DNA from: Bacteroidota bacterium
GTDB taxonomy: Bacteria; Bacteroidota; Bacteroidia; Sphingobacteriales; Sphingobacteriaceae
NCBI GenBank assembly: GCA_018266915.1
Contig: JAFDZM010000017.1
Coordinates: forward strand, 52,639 to 116,638
Direction: 5' to 3'
Length of the DNA: 64,000 nucleotides
Shown piece by piece: positions 47,857 to 57,568 of the stretch. Position 1 is the first letter of the stretch, and each line of letters begins with the position of its first letter. The notes under the pieces were generated by a model, which ran no database searches, had not been told where the DNA came from, and was given only the letters and a program-made list of their open reading frames with translations. The position numbers and the translations under genes were made by a program.

Positions 47857-50800
47857 TTGAACATCCGTGATATTTTAGAGCTTTATAAGGCTGATGAGCG
47901 GGTTGAAGCGTTGGCGAAAGCATTGAACGCTGGCAAAGATACCCGGATTCAGTTGCGTGGTTTGGTCGGATCAGGAGATGCGACCGTGGCGGTAGCTTTG
48001 TATTTTTTGCAGCACCCGAATATGATATTTGTGCTGCCTGACCGCGAGGAGGCTGCTTATTTCCAGGCTGATCTTGAAAATCTGACCAGCAAGGACGTTC
48101 TGCTTTTCCCATCATCCTACCGCAAAGCATTTGAATTTACCCAACCGGACAGCAGCAATGTGCTTGCCCGTGCTGAAGTATTGAATGAGCTGAATCACTC
48201 ATCAGAGTTCGGACGCCTGATAGTTACTTACCCCGAAGCTCTGGCTGAAAAGGTGATTGACCGCGATTCGCTGGCTAAAAATACGCTCGAGATCGCAGTA
48301 AGCAATAAGTTAAGCATCGACTTTATTAACGAGTTCCTGATCGAATACGATTTTGAACGCGTTGATTTTGTATATGAGCCGGGACAGTTTTCCATTCGCG
48401 GTGGCATCGTCGACATATTTTCTTTCTCGCACGACCTGCCTTACCGTGTAGAGTTCTTTGGTGATTTTATAGAGTCGATACGCACTTTCGAGGTGGAGAG
48501 CCAGCTATCTGTTGAGCAGGTAAAAACCATCACTATCGTTCCGAATGTGCAATCCAAATTCCTGACGGAGCACAATATTTCTTTGCTGGAATATGTCGAT
48601 AAAGGGTCGCAAATATGGATAAAGGATGTTCAGCTGACGCTGGATGTAATCAAATCAGGCTATAAGAAAGCGACTGAGCTTTGGAAGGCCCTATCATCTG
48701 ACGAGAAGGAAAAGAACCCGGAATGGATCGATCCGAAGTTTGGATTTACGGATGAAAAGCTGATCGGCGATCAACTGCATGATTTCCCGGTGGTAGAATT
48801 TGGTAAACAATTCTTTTACCAGGATGCACAGGCAATTAATTTTGATATGCGCCCGCAGCCATCTTTTAACAAGGATTTCAGCCTGCTGATCCATAATTTT
48901 AAGAATAACGAGGCTGAGCGTATCCAAAACTATATATTGACTGATTCTGCACGACAGGTAGAACGTTTGTATGCCATATTAGAAGACCTGGATAAAACCG
49001 TAAAGTTTATACCGATCAATATATCGATACGAGAGGGGTTTGTTGACCGTGAACAAAAACTGGCCTGCTACACCGATCACCAGATATTTGACCGTTACTA
49101 TAAATACAAGCTTCGGAAAGGATACCAGCGCACACAGGCCATCACGCTAAAAGAGTTGCGTGAGTTAAAGCCAGGTGATTTTGTAACGCACATTGACCAC
49201 GGTATAGGTAAATATGCCGGGCTGGAAAAAGTGGAAGTGAACGGCAAAATGCAGGAGATGATCCGGCTGATCTATGCGGATAATGATTTGCTGTATGTCA
49301 ATATCAACTCGCTGAACCGTATCTCTAAATATAGTGGCAAGGAGGGGACCGTTCCCAAAATGAACAAACTGGGTACCGATACCTGGGAGCGCCTAAAAAA
49401 AACCACAAAAAAAAAAGTTAAGGACATAGCCCGCGACCTTATTAAGCTCTACGCTTTACGCAAGGCTAAAGAGGGGAAGGCCTTTTCTCCGGATACTTAC
49501 CTTCAAACGGAACTCGAAGCATCCTTTATTTACGAGGATACCCCCGACCAGGAAAAAGCTACTGCTGATCTGAAAAAAGATATGGAATCTCCGCATCCAA
49601 TGGACAGGCTCATTTGCGGTGACGTGGGGTTTGGCAAAACCGAAGTGGCTATTCGTGCGGCATTTAAAGCCGTTGCAGATAGTAAACAGGTGGCTATACT
49701 TGTGCCTACTACTATTCTCGCAGCACAGCATTACAAGACGTTTTCTGATCGTTTGAAAGGTTTCCCTTGCAATATTGATTACGTAAATCGCTTTAAATCG
49801 ACCCGGCAGATCAAGGAAACTTTGGAGAAGCTGAAAGAAGGAAAAATTGACATTATCATCGGTACGCACCGCCTGGTAAGCAAGGATGTAAAATTTAAAG
49901 ATCTTGGGCTGATGATCATTGACGAGGAGCAAAAGTTCGGGGTATCAACCAAGGAAAAGTTAAAACAAATGCGCGCCAATGTGGACACGCTCACGCTGAC
50001 TGCAACGCCGATACCGCGTACACTCCATTTCTCCTTAATGGGCGCACGCGACCTTTCGATCATATCCACCCCGCCGCCAAACCGCCAGCCGGTGGTGACG
50101 GAATTACATGTATTTAATGATAAACTGATAAAAGAAGCGGTTGAATATGAGATTGGTCGAGGTGGACAAGTATTCTTTATCCATAATCGCGTAGCAGACC
50201 TGATGCAATTGGGTGGATTGATCCATAAACTTGTTCCCAAAGCACGTATAGGTATTGCGCACGGACAATTGGAAGGTGACGACCTGGAAGATGTAATGCT
50301 CAAATTCGTTAGCGGAGGATACGATGTGCTGGTAGCGACTACTATTATTGAAGCCGGTCTGGATATTCCTAACGCCAATACCATCATCATAAACCATGCG
50401 CACATGTTTGGCTTGAGCGACTTGCACCAGATGCGTGGGCGTGTGGGACGAAGCAATAAAAAGGCATTTTGTTATTTGCTGAGTCCTCCCTTATCAACGC
50501 TTACATCTGAGGCCCGTAAACGCTTAAGTGCGATAGAAGAGTTCTCAGATCTTGGTAGCGGTTTTAATGTGGCTATGCGCGATCTGGACATCCGCGGCAG
50601 CGGCAACCTGTTGGGCGCAGAACAAAGCGGTTTTATAGCGGAGATCGGGTTCGAGATGTATCATAAGATTTTGGATGAGGCTATCCAGGAGTTGAAGGAG
50701 GATGAGTTTAAAGGCTTGTTCCAGGACGAAAAGCCAAAGCCATATATTTCATTTACGCAGATCGATACGGACATGGAAATACTCATTCCCGATGAGTATG

Positions 50801-51210
50801 TGACAAATATAGCCGAACGATATAACCTGTACACCGAACTCTCCAAGCTCGAAAATGAAGTCGAATTGCAGGCATTTGAAAAGCAACTGAACGACCGCTT
50901 TGGTCCGGTGCCGCCGCAGGTAAGCGATATGCTGAACACCATGCGCCTGCAGTGGCTTGGTAAGGCCATTGGGTTTGAAAAGATATCTTTGAAAAAGAAT
51001 GTGCTTCGCGGATATTTCATTGCCAACCAGCAGTCGCCTTACTTTGAAAGCAGCATGTTCAGACAGGTATTAATGTTTGTGCAATCCAACCCTCGCCGGA
51101 CTAACCTGAAAGAGGTGAAAAACTCGCTCCGGCTTAGTATTGATGGGGTGAATAGTATTGATGAGGCGGTGCAACTGCTGGAGGATATTGCTGAACCGGT
51201 AGGGGTTTAA
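47857..51210 (+). CDS. mfd: Transcription-repair coupling factor
   Basis: UvrB-like N-terminus, CarD/RID (VTHIDHGIG), GDVGFGKT, DEEQ, QMRGRVGR, TRCF domain. TTG start at 47857 follows TATATTTG (47842-47849). Confidence 0.97.
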   Translation: MNIRDILELYKADERVEALAKALNAGKDTRIQLRGLVGSGDATVAVALYFLQHPNMIFVLPDREEAAYFQADLENLTSKDVLLFPSSYRKAFEFTQPDSSNVLARAEVLNELNHSSEFGRLIVTYPEALAEKVIDRDSLAKNTLEIAVSNKLSIDFINEFLIEYDFERVDFVYEPGQFSIRGGIVDIFSFSHDLPYRVEFFGDFIESIRTFEVESQLSVEQVKTITIVPNVQSKFLTEHNISLLEYVDKGSQIWIKDVQLTLDVIKSGYKKATELWKALSSDEKEKNPEWIDPKFGFTDEKLIGDQLHDFPVVEFGKQFFYQDAQAINFDMRPQPSFNKDFSLLIHNFKNNEAERIQNYILTDSARQVERLYAILEDLDKTVKFIPINISIREGFVDREQKLACYTDHQIFDRYYKYKLRKGYQRTQAITLKELRELKPGDFVTHIDHGIGKYAGLEKVEVNGKMQEMIRLIYADNDLLYVNINSLNRISKYSGKEGTVPKMNKLGTDTWERLKKTTKKKVKDIARDLIKLYALRKAKEGKAFSPDTYLQTELEASFIYEDTPDQEKATADLKKDMESPHPMDRLICGDVGFGKTEVAIRAAFKAVADSKQVAILVPTTILAAQHYKTFSDRLKGFPCNIDYVNRFKSTRQIKETLEKLKEGKIDIIIGTHRLVSKDVKFKDLGLMIIDEEQKFGVSTKEKLKQMRANVDTLTLTATPIPRTLHFSLMGARDLSIISTPPPNRQPVVTELHVFNDKLIKEAVEYEIGRGGQVFFIHNRVADLMQLGGLIHKLVPKARIGIAHGQLEGDDLEDVMLKFVSGGYDVLVATTIIEAGLDIPNANTIIINHAHMFGLSDLHQMRGRVGRSNKKAFCYLLSPPLSTLTSEARKRLSAIEEFSDLGSGFNVAMRDLDIRGSGNLLGAEQSGFIAEIGFEMYHKILDEAIQELKEDEFKGLFQDEKPKPYISFTQIDTDMEILIPDEYVTNIAERYNLYTELSKLENEVELQAFEKQLNDRFGPVPPQVSDMLNTMRLQWLGKAIGFEKISLKKNVLRGYFIANQQSPYFESSMFRQVLMFVQSNPRRTNLKEVKNSLRLSIDGVNSIDEAVQLLEDIAEPVGV

Positions 51211-51236
51211 TTTGTCTGAACAATGGTTTTCCTGAT

Positions 51237-52394
51237 TCAGGGATTGTCATGATTAAATCTTAGTTCTCCAGAGACTATCAAATCACCTAAACCTTGTGCC
51301 GTTTCTATCAGATTCTTTTCTGTATTGGCTATTGCCGTTGGCATATCTATAAAGTCCCGGTTGATCGATAACAACGCATCAAAGTACTTTTGCAATGTTG
51401 CGTCCGGTTTGTTAGGTACACGGCCTGCTAATCCCACAACAGGAAGATGTTTTTTCTTTGCTTCAACTGCAACACCATAAGGTCCCTTCCCCTGTAAAGT
51501 TTGCGTATCAATACTACCTTCGCCGGTAATAACCAGGTCGGCGTTTTTTAAGGCCTGATCAAATCCTGTCAGCGATAAAAAATATTCAATGCCATTTACC
51601 AGTTTCGCATTGAGCCAGGTATGCAATCCGGCTGTGGCTCCGCCTGCTGCTCCGCCATGTTTTATAACGGTCATGTCTGTGCCAAGCTGTGCTTTTGAGA
51701 CCGTGGCAAAGTTGGCTAGAAAACTATCCAGTAACTTAACATCAGATGGAGAAGCGCCCTTTTGCGGACCGAAAACAGCGGCTGCTCCTTCAGGCCCTAA
51801 AAGTTTGTTATTGACATCGCAAAGTATAATGATCTCCGTATCATGTATGCGGCGATCAAGTCCTGAATCGTCGATCTTAACCATTTTTGCCAACTCGTCA
51901 GGGACGGCTTTTGAGCGTTTTCCATCCTTATCCAAAAAGTCTATCCCTAAGGCCTTTAATATGCCACATCCACCGTCAACTGTAGCAGAGCCACCCATAG
52001 CAATGACGATTTTGCTTACACCTTTATCCAACGCAGCATTAATGAGCTCGCCTGTGCCATAAGAAGATGTTTGCATAGGATTTAACCCCTCCCTTTTTAG
52101 CAAACGCAGACCAGAAGCATCAGCCATTTCAATAACAGCAGTTTTGCCATTATCGATAAGACCGAAACGGGAATCGATCTTTCGCCCAAGCGGATCATGT
52201 ACCTGTTGTGATACGATAACACCTTTGCAACGTTCTATAATTAAGCTGCCGGTACCGTCCCCACCATCGGCAATGGGAAAACATTCGGTAGTACAATCCA
52301 ATTGGCTTTGCTGCAATCCCTGCTCAATTGCCTTTGCCACCTGCATGGCATCAAGACTATTTTTAAAAGCATTCGGAGCGATGAGGATATGCAT
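51237..52394 (-). CDS. Glycerate kinase
   Basis: APNAFKNSL, PIADGGDG, EMADASG, GGSATVDGG, GAAGG, TGEG. Confidence 0.93.
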   Translation of the reverse strand: MHILIAPNAFKNSLDAMQVAKAIEQGLQQSQLDCTTECFPIADGGDGTGSLIIERCKGVIVSQQVHDPLGRKIDSRFGLIDNGKTAVIEMADASGLRLLKREGLNPMQTSSYGTGELINAALDKGVSKIVIAMGGSATVDGGCGILKALGIDFLDKDGKRSKAVPDELAKMVKIDDSGLDRRIHDTEIIILCDVNNKLLGPEGAAAVFGPQKGASPSDVKLLDSFLANFATVSKAQLGTDMTVIKHGGAAGGATAGLHTWLNAKLVNGIEYFLSLTGFDQALKNADLVITGEGSIDTQTLQGKGPYGVAVEAKKKHLPVVGLAGRVPNKPDATLQKYFDALLSINRDFIDMPTAIANTEKNLIETAQGLGDLIVSGELRFNHDNP

Positions 52395-52395
52395 A

Positions 52396-53721
52396 TCACC
52401 AGATTTTAGATAAAATATAAACGGTCGCCAGTGTGATTATCCCCATAAACAAGGTCGACACTGTATAAACCTTCAGCATAGTTTTCATGCTGATTCCTGA
52501 AAACCGCGAGATCACCCAAAAATAAGCGTCGTTGGCATGAGAGACCGTCATCGATCCTGCACCCATGGCCAATACGCAGAACAATTTGCCATTTTCGGTA
52601 TCCAAACCTAAGGCAGGTAGCAGAGGTAGAACTAACGATGAGGCTGTAATAATAGCGACCGTCGATGACCCTTGTGCCGTTTTTAAAACTGCAGTAAGCA
52701 GGAATGGGAAAAAGAGGCCCATCGTTCCCAAAGCCATTGATTGACTGAGGTGATCGCCTAGTTTGGTAGCTGTTAAAATAGCACCGAAGGCACCTCCCAT
52801 ACCTATCACGACTAATATACCGCCGGCTTTTTCAACGGAATCCTGAAGGATTTTACTTAACTCGCTTTTATGCCAGCCGCGCTTGCAATTGAGGGCTAAT
52901 AAGACGCCAATTAATAATGCAATCACCGGGTCACCCAATGCAAATAGAACTTTTACCCAAGCAGGATCATTTGCGATTCCTTTAGTTAAAAATGAACGGA
53001 TTGCTATAAGTATGATCGGCACAAACACCGGGAGGCAAGCTTTGAATAATGATGGTCCATGACCGGATTCGTCTTCGTCAATATCTTCCACGATCTTGTC
53101 ACACGCATTTCGCCCGGCATAATTGGCCCACCAATTGCCGATGAGCATGGCAGGGATAGAGGCTATGGCGCCGATCAAAATTAGTTTGCCAAAGTTAACC
53201 CCAATAGTTGCCGCAGCAGCAGAAGCCCCGGGATGTGGTGGCACCATGCAATGAACAGAAAGCAAACCTGTCGCCAGTGAAACTGACATGGTAGCGATGG
53301 ATATGCCTGTGCGTTTGGCCATAGAACGGTTTAGACCAATAAGAACAATATAACCCGAATCACAAAATATAGGCAAGCCGACAAAGAATCCAGTGATGCT
53401 CATGGCCAACGGAGCAAAGCGTTTGCCCATTCGTTTCAAAAGGAAATTCGCCATTACAGTAGTACTGCCGGTATACTCCAGCAACAAGCCCAAAGTGGTG
53501 CCCAAAACGATGATGAGCCCTAAGTTTTTCAGGATATTACCGAAACCATCTTTAACAGTGCCAAGCACATCAGCAACAGGCATTCCAACACCCAAGCCAA
53601 CCAGCACACAAGCCAGGAACAAAGAAAAGAAAGCAGGGATTTTATAACGGGTGGAGAGGATAACAATGAGCGCAATTCCGGCTACTAATAAAGTAAGGAT
53701 GTAGGCCAGTGAGTGGGTCAT
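52396..53721 (-). CDS. GntP-family permease
   Basis: PIFCDSG, PPHPG, QGSSTVA, SHANDAYFWV. Confidence 0.92.
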   Translation of the reverse strand: MTHSLAYILTLLVAGIALIVILSTRYKIPAFFSLFLACVLVGLGVGMPVADVLGTVKDGFGNILKNLGLIIVLGTTLGLLLEYTGSTTVMANFLLKRMGKRFAPLAMSITGFFVGLPIFCDSGYIVLIGLNRSMAKRTGISIATMSVSLATGLLSVHCMVPPHPGASAAAATIGVNFGKLILIGAIASIPAMLIGNWWANYAGRNACDKIVEDIDEDESGHGPSLFKACLPVFVPIILIAIRSFLTKGIANDPAWVKVLFALGDPVIALLIGVLLALNCKRGWHKSELSKILQDSVEKAGGILVVIGMGGAFGAILTATKLGDHLSQSMALGTMGLFFPFLLTAVLKTAQGSSTVAIITASSLVLPLLPALGLDTENGKLFCVLAMGAGSMTVSHANDAYFWVISRFSGISMKTMLKVYTVSTLFMGIITLATVYILSKIW

Positions 53722-53781
53722 TGGTTAATTGGTGTTATTGCAAATTACAAAACTTAATCCAACCCAATCAAATAATCTAAC

Positions 53782-54321
53782 TTATTCAACTTTCTTAAAT
53801 ATCCCCTTCAGATTTCGACCCAATTCCTTGTAATCCAAACCATAACCTACTACAAATTCATTGGCTATTTCGAAGCCGGTGTATTTTAGTTCGGGGATGG
53901 TTCTTTCTAATGCGTCGGGTTTTAGCAACAGGGAACAAACGGTAATGGAAGCCGGCTCGCGGACTTTGAGCTTTTCGATCAGGTAATGCATGGTGTTGCC
54001 GGTATCCACAATATCTTCCACCAATATAATGTCACGGCCCTTGATGTCGATGGTCAAATCGAAATCGTCCCTGATCTTTCGGGTGGTTGAGGTTCCACCG
54101 TAATAAGAAGCTAATTTGGCAAAGGTGACCTCGATAGGTGTTTCGATCTGCTTTACCAGGTCGGCCACAAACAGGAAGCTGCCGCTCAGGATACCTACCA
54201 TTACAGGAATACGTCCTGAATAGTCGCTGCTGATCTGCCCGGCAATTTCGCCAACCCGTTTTTCGATCGATGCATAAGGAATAGATAATTCGAAAGTGAG
54301 ATCGGCTACCTGGGTTTTCAT
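53782..54321 (-). CDS. hpt: Hypoxanthine phosphoribosyltransferase
   Basis: GILSGSFLF, ILVEDIVDTGNT, FVVGYGLD. Start moved to MKTQ at 54321. Confidence 0.93.
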   Translation of the reverse strand: MKTQVADLTFELSIPYASIEKRVGEIAGQISSDYSGRIPVMVGILSGSFLFVADLVKQIETPIEVTFAKLASYYGGTSTTRKIRDDFDLTIDIKGRDIILVEDIVDTGNTMHYLIEKLKVREPASITVCSLLLKPDALERTIPELKYTGFEIANEFVVGYGLDYKELGRNLKGIFKKVE

Positions 54322-54422
54322 GCGGTTAAATGTAGAGATTATAGTTAAGAATATGCAAAGAGTATCCCTAACCAAAATGACTTTGAAAGTAGATTAAGTA
54401 CGAGGCGATGAAAATTTAGTTA

Positions 54423-55085
54423 CTAATTGGTCAATTCGAGTTTAAGTTGAGGGTCGAATAAAGGTTTGCTGTATTCTTTGTCAGACATGTACCGCCAAAT
54501 GCTGTAATCTATGCAAGACCTAGATATTTGAAGAAAATCGGCAGCATATTCTACTATTTTTTTGGTATGATAATATTCTTTAGTTTCGATATTCGCTAAC
54601 TGAACAAAGGAATAAATATGACGGTCTACTGCAACAGTATCAAAATTTAATAGCTTTAATAAGTAGTCTAAAGTTTTTGGTCCAATACCGTTTATTTCCA
54701 AAATCCTTTTTCGGTTTTCATTTTTTAAAAGAAATAATTTCAAGTCAGAACATGTATTTATTCGATTATCCAACAGGAATGAAATTATGTTATTTAACCG
54801 GTTTATTTTTACGGGATGCCTCCAATTGATTATATTTTCCAATCCATAACACTTTATGGTTTCGTTGAAAAAATTAACAGTATAGGCCCCGGGATAATTC
54901 AGAAGTAATTTTTGGACTCTAGGTCTCACAATTTTATTATAATTCAACCCGGCCTGTAATGTAATATCAGTTAATAAAGCACCCATATGATCATATATAG
55001 TCTCCCTTTCAACATAAATAGTTTTAAAGGATTCAAGGCCTATAATAAAATTTGCTAGCTTTCTAGCTTCAGCGACACAAGTCAT
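54423..55085 (-). CDS. HhH-GPD superfamily DNA glycosylase-like protein
   Basis: HhH ILEINGIGPKTLDY followed by AVDRH, and C-terminal IDYSIW. Confidence 0.75.
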   Translation of the reverse strand: MTCVAEARKLANFIIGLESFKTIYVERETIYDHMGALLTDITLQAGLNYNKIVRPRVQKLLLNYPGAYTVNFFNETIKCYGLENIINWRHPVKINRLNNIISFLLDNRINTCSDLKLFLLKNENRKRILEINGIGPKTLDYLLKLLNFDTVAVDRHIYSFVQLANIETKEYYHTKKIVEYAADFLQISRSCIDYSIWRYMSDKEYSKPLFDPQLKLELTN

Positions 55086-55087
55086 AT

Positions 55088-55723
55088 TTAGATTTCAGTT
55101 GTTGCTATTCTTTTTAAAGCATCTAATCTGTCTACACAGTTCGGGCAAGCCCCGCATGGAATTGTGGGAGAAGCTTGACATGAAAAAGTATTCCCAATGG
55201 ACGCTCCTAAATTTATTCCCAATTTCGCGACATCAAATTTTGAATAGTATCTAAAAGGCATATTAATTTTTACAGATCCATATTCGGATAGCATTCCTTC
55301 CATTTTTTCAAAAAACTCATTGGAACAATCAATTTCTTTAGCATGGTTGCTATTAATGAAAGCTGAATACACATTTGATAATCCAATAGTCTGCGCAAAA
55401 GTAGCACCAATTGTTAATAATAATACATTTCGGTACGGAATATAGAGATCATCAGCTTTAATATCGTCTTCCCATAAATTGGCTGGTTTTATGAACTTAG
55501 ATGTTGACCTTTTGTAAACAGACTGTATATCAATTATTTCAATTTTATTGATATGAGTTTTAGGCAAAACCTCCTTAAGGGTTTCAAATTCTGTTTGGGC
55601 GCAATGCTGACCATAATTAATAAAAAGAGGAACAAAATCAATCCCTTGATCTATTAACCAAAACGCCATAGTGGTGGAATCAAGTCCCCCTGAGGCTAAT
55701 AAAACGCCGTCTCTATTTGTCAT
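55088..55723 (-). CDS. QueC-family PP-loop ATPase (7-cyano-7-deazaguanine synthase-like)
   Basis: SGGLDS, NYGQ, YIPYRN, FSC-x7-CGACPNC zinc site. Confidence 0.92.
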   Translation of the reverse strand: MTNRDGVLLASGGLDSTTMAFWLIDQGIDFVPLFINYGQHCAQTEFETLKEVLPKTHINKIEIIDIQSVYKRSTSKFIKPANLWEDDIKADDLYIPYRNVLLLTIGATFAQTIGLSNVYSAFINSNHAKEIDCSNEFFEKMEGMLSEYGSVKINMPFRYYSKFDVAKLGINLGASIGNTFSCQASPTIPCGACPNCVDRLDALKRIATTEI

Positions 55724-57038
55724 AACTATTTATAATAAATACTTGGGAAATGATTTCATCCAAGTCACTTGAAACTAAAATTGGCAATTCTGTCAACATA
55801 CAATTCTCAGCTATTTTATACGGATCGTATACCATCACAGGTTTAGATCGTGCAGCGGCAAATCCAATTTCAATTAATGTACCTGGATCGTTATATAGTA
55901 AAACTGCGATAAGCATTTTGCATTGATCTAATAGTCTAATATCATTAGTAAACAGCTCACGTTTGCGTGTGCTGGACGCATCTTTTTCCATTTGTCCGTT
56001 CTCTTTAATCGGTCGTCTTGGACTAAAATTGTGATATTTCAAGCTCTCAACCAATAATTCAATTGGTGCAGTGTTTATGAAATCGAAATCAGGAGCTGCT
56101 ATGTAAATGTTTATTTGTTTACGGGATTCCCATGGAAGGTTTACACCACCCATACAAACCAATTCATCTATGTTTGATTTTAATATTCTTTTTACTCCAG
56201 TTTTAAAATCATCCGGGTATGTAGTTGTTGCATATTCCATTGCTACCCAAGATGATATATTTAATGCACTTTCGTAGGTTAGCATGGGATAGTGACATAT
56301 ATAGGAAGCATTATACACATCGCCCACCCCGACAGAATGCACAATTGGCCTAGTTTGAGCAGGCACTGAAACTAATTCATTCGTTTCAAAATCAAATGCT
56401 CGACTTCCGCCTCTATTCTCCTTTAATATTAATCGTTCAGTAATGTCTGTAAAATGATCTTTGAAACCCATGAAATCATTCTTGTATAGATTTCTAAACA
56501 ATTCTGATGATGTTGAAATAAATAATGTACTTAGTTTATTTGTTAAATCCTTAAATAGCGACAGGTCTGTTAAATTGTTTGCAACGTCGATATGAATTCT
56601 GCTTTTTGTCGTTTTGGATTTAATAATGTCAAACTCGTAATTACCCGAAATAAACAATAAGTCATCGTAGTTATTACTACCTAGCTTATCAATAGCAGAT
56701 GAATAATATTCCAATTTAATATCGTCTCGAAGTATAAATTCGTATCCTTGATCGCCAACTTCTTTGGCCTCATTTATTAAAAATACATAAGGTGCGCCAT
56801 TAACAGTCCCAAGCTTAAGAATCTCGTTACATCCAAGAGATTTGAGATATTTTTCAATTGATTCGTCTAAATAAGAAGGAGCAAAATAACCAACATCAAA
56901 TTCAATATTTAATGCCCATAAGCATCTAGCTGCATGAATTATGCCTCCAAGTCTTAATTTGATACCTTCTTCTGAAGTTTTTAAGGTAATATCTACAACA
57001 ACGTCGCCGATTAGACAAATTTTTGATTTAGATATCAT
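55713..57038 (-). CDS. PfkB/ribokinase-family kinase fused to nucleoside 2-deoxyribosyltransferase (NDT)-like domain
   Basis: IGDVVVD, LGG, LILKENRGGS, SVGVGD. C-terminal IYIAAPDF...NDIRLLD...DPGTLIEIGFA...KPV. Confidence 0.82.
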   Translation of the reverse strand: MISKSKICLIGDVVVDITLKTSEEGIKLRLGGIIHAARCLWALNIEFDVGYFAPSYLDESIEKYLKSLGCNEILKLGTVNGAPYVFLINEAKEVGDQGYEFILRDDIKLEYYSSAIDKLGSNNYDDLLFISGNYEFDIIKSKTTKSRIHIDVANNLTDLSLFKDLTNKLSTLFISTSSELFRNLYKNDFMGFKDHFTDITERLILKENRGGSRAFDFETNELVSVPAQTRPIVHSVGVGDVYNASYICHYPMLTYESALNISSWVAMEYATTTYPDDFKTGVKRILKSNIDELVCMGGVNLPWESRKQINIYIAAPDFDFINTAPIELLVESLKYHNFSPRRPIKENGQMEKDASSTRKRELFTNDIRLLDQCKMLIAVLLYNDPGTLIEIGFAAARSKPVMVYDPYKIAENCMLTELPILVSSDLDEIISQVFIINSYDK

Positions 57039-57409
57039 AATGGCGCAATATCAACCTTCACGTATGGCATTGGCTTAATAGATGAGGCGGTAACAACACC
57101 AGCATAATTAAAACCGTTGTCTATACAAACTTTAATATAGTTAAATTTAGTAGGTAAATATCCTACCCCAGTTCCGTCGCTAGTTGTTACTAGTAAACGA
57201 ATGTTGTTGAAAATAACTTTGACATTAGTTCCGACAGGTGGTACATCATTGTTCATCTTGTAGTAGTCACATCTAGAAACATCTTCAAGTACCGCTTCAA
57301 AAGCTTGCCCACAATTATCTTGCCCACTTGATCCACCAGAAGATGGATTTGAGCTAGTTGGTTTATTATTAGAGTAATCGGTTAAAGAACCAGAGCCTGA
57401 GCTTCCCAT
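57035..57409 (-). CDS. Small protein with N-terminal Gly/Ser tail (MGSSGSG...) and HIRAN-like core
   Basis: About 30-aa G/S-rich N-terminus. VGTNVKV...LLVTTSDGTGVGYLP...IDNGFNYAGVV resembles the HIRAN pattern. Confidence 0.65.
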   Translation of the reverse strand: MGSSGSGSLTDYSNNKPTSSNPSSGGSSGQDNCGQAFEAVLEDVSRCDYYKMNNDVPPVGTNVKVIFNNIRLLVTTSDGTGVGYLPTKFNYIKVCIDNGFNYAGVVTASSIKPMPYVKVDIAPL

Positions 57410-57568
57410 AATTTATTTTTTAGGTTAATAAAAGGTTTATTGATTTCGAAGGTATTGATCATAAGAAATACTCGCAACCCGTGAAAACACCCATTTTTAT
57501 CCCAATTTTGTTTTTATAACCAAAATCTTTCCAACTTCCGGTCTTCCCCACTTTCATAGATAAAATCC

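Larger units (their letters stand above)
54423..57409 (-). other. AT-rich four-gene QueC cassette (candidate defence / base-modification system)
   Basis: Coupled genes (4-nt overlap, 11-nt overlap, 2-nt gap). Spot counts about 25-32% GC inside versus about 42-53% in flanking lines. Confidence 0.75.

Noticed and set aside
55088-55723. Housekeeping queC of queuosine biosynthesis
   Set aside because: No queD/queE/queF/tgt neighbours. It lies in an AT-rich coupled cassette with non-Que genes, so no gene symbol was assigned.
54423-57409. Type IV CBASS, QatABCD or Dpd assignment
   Set aside because: No CD-NTase, TGT/DpdA, TatD or QatA-like P-loop ATPase in or next to the cassette.
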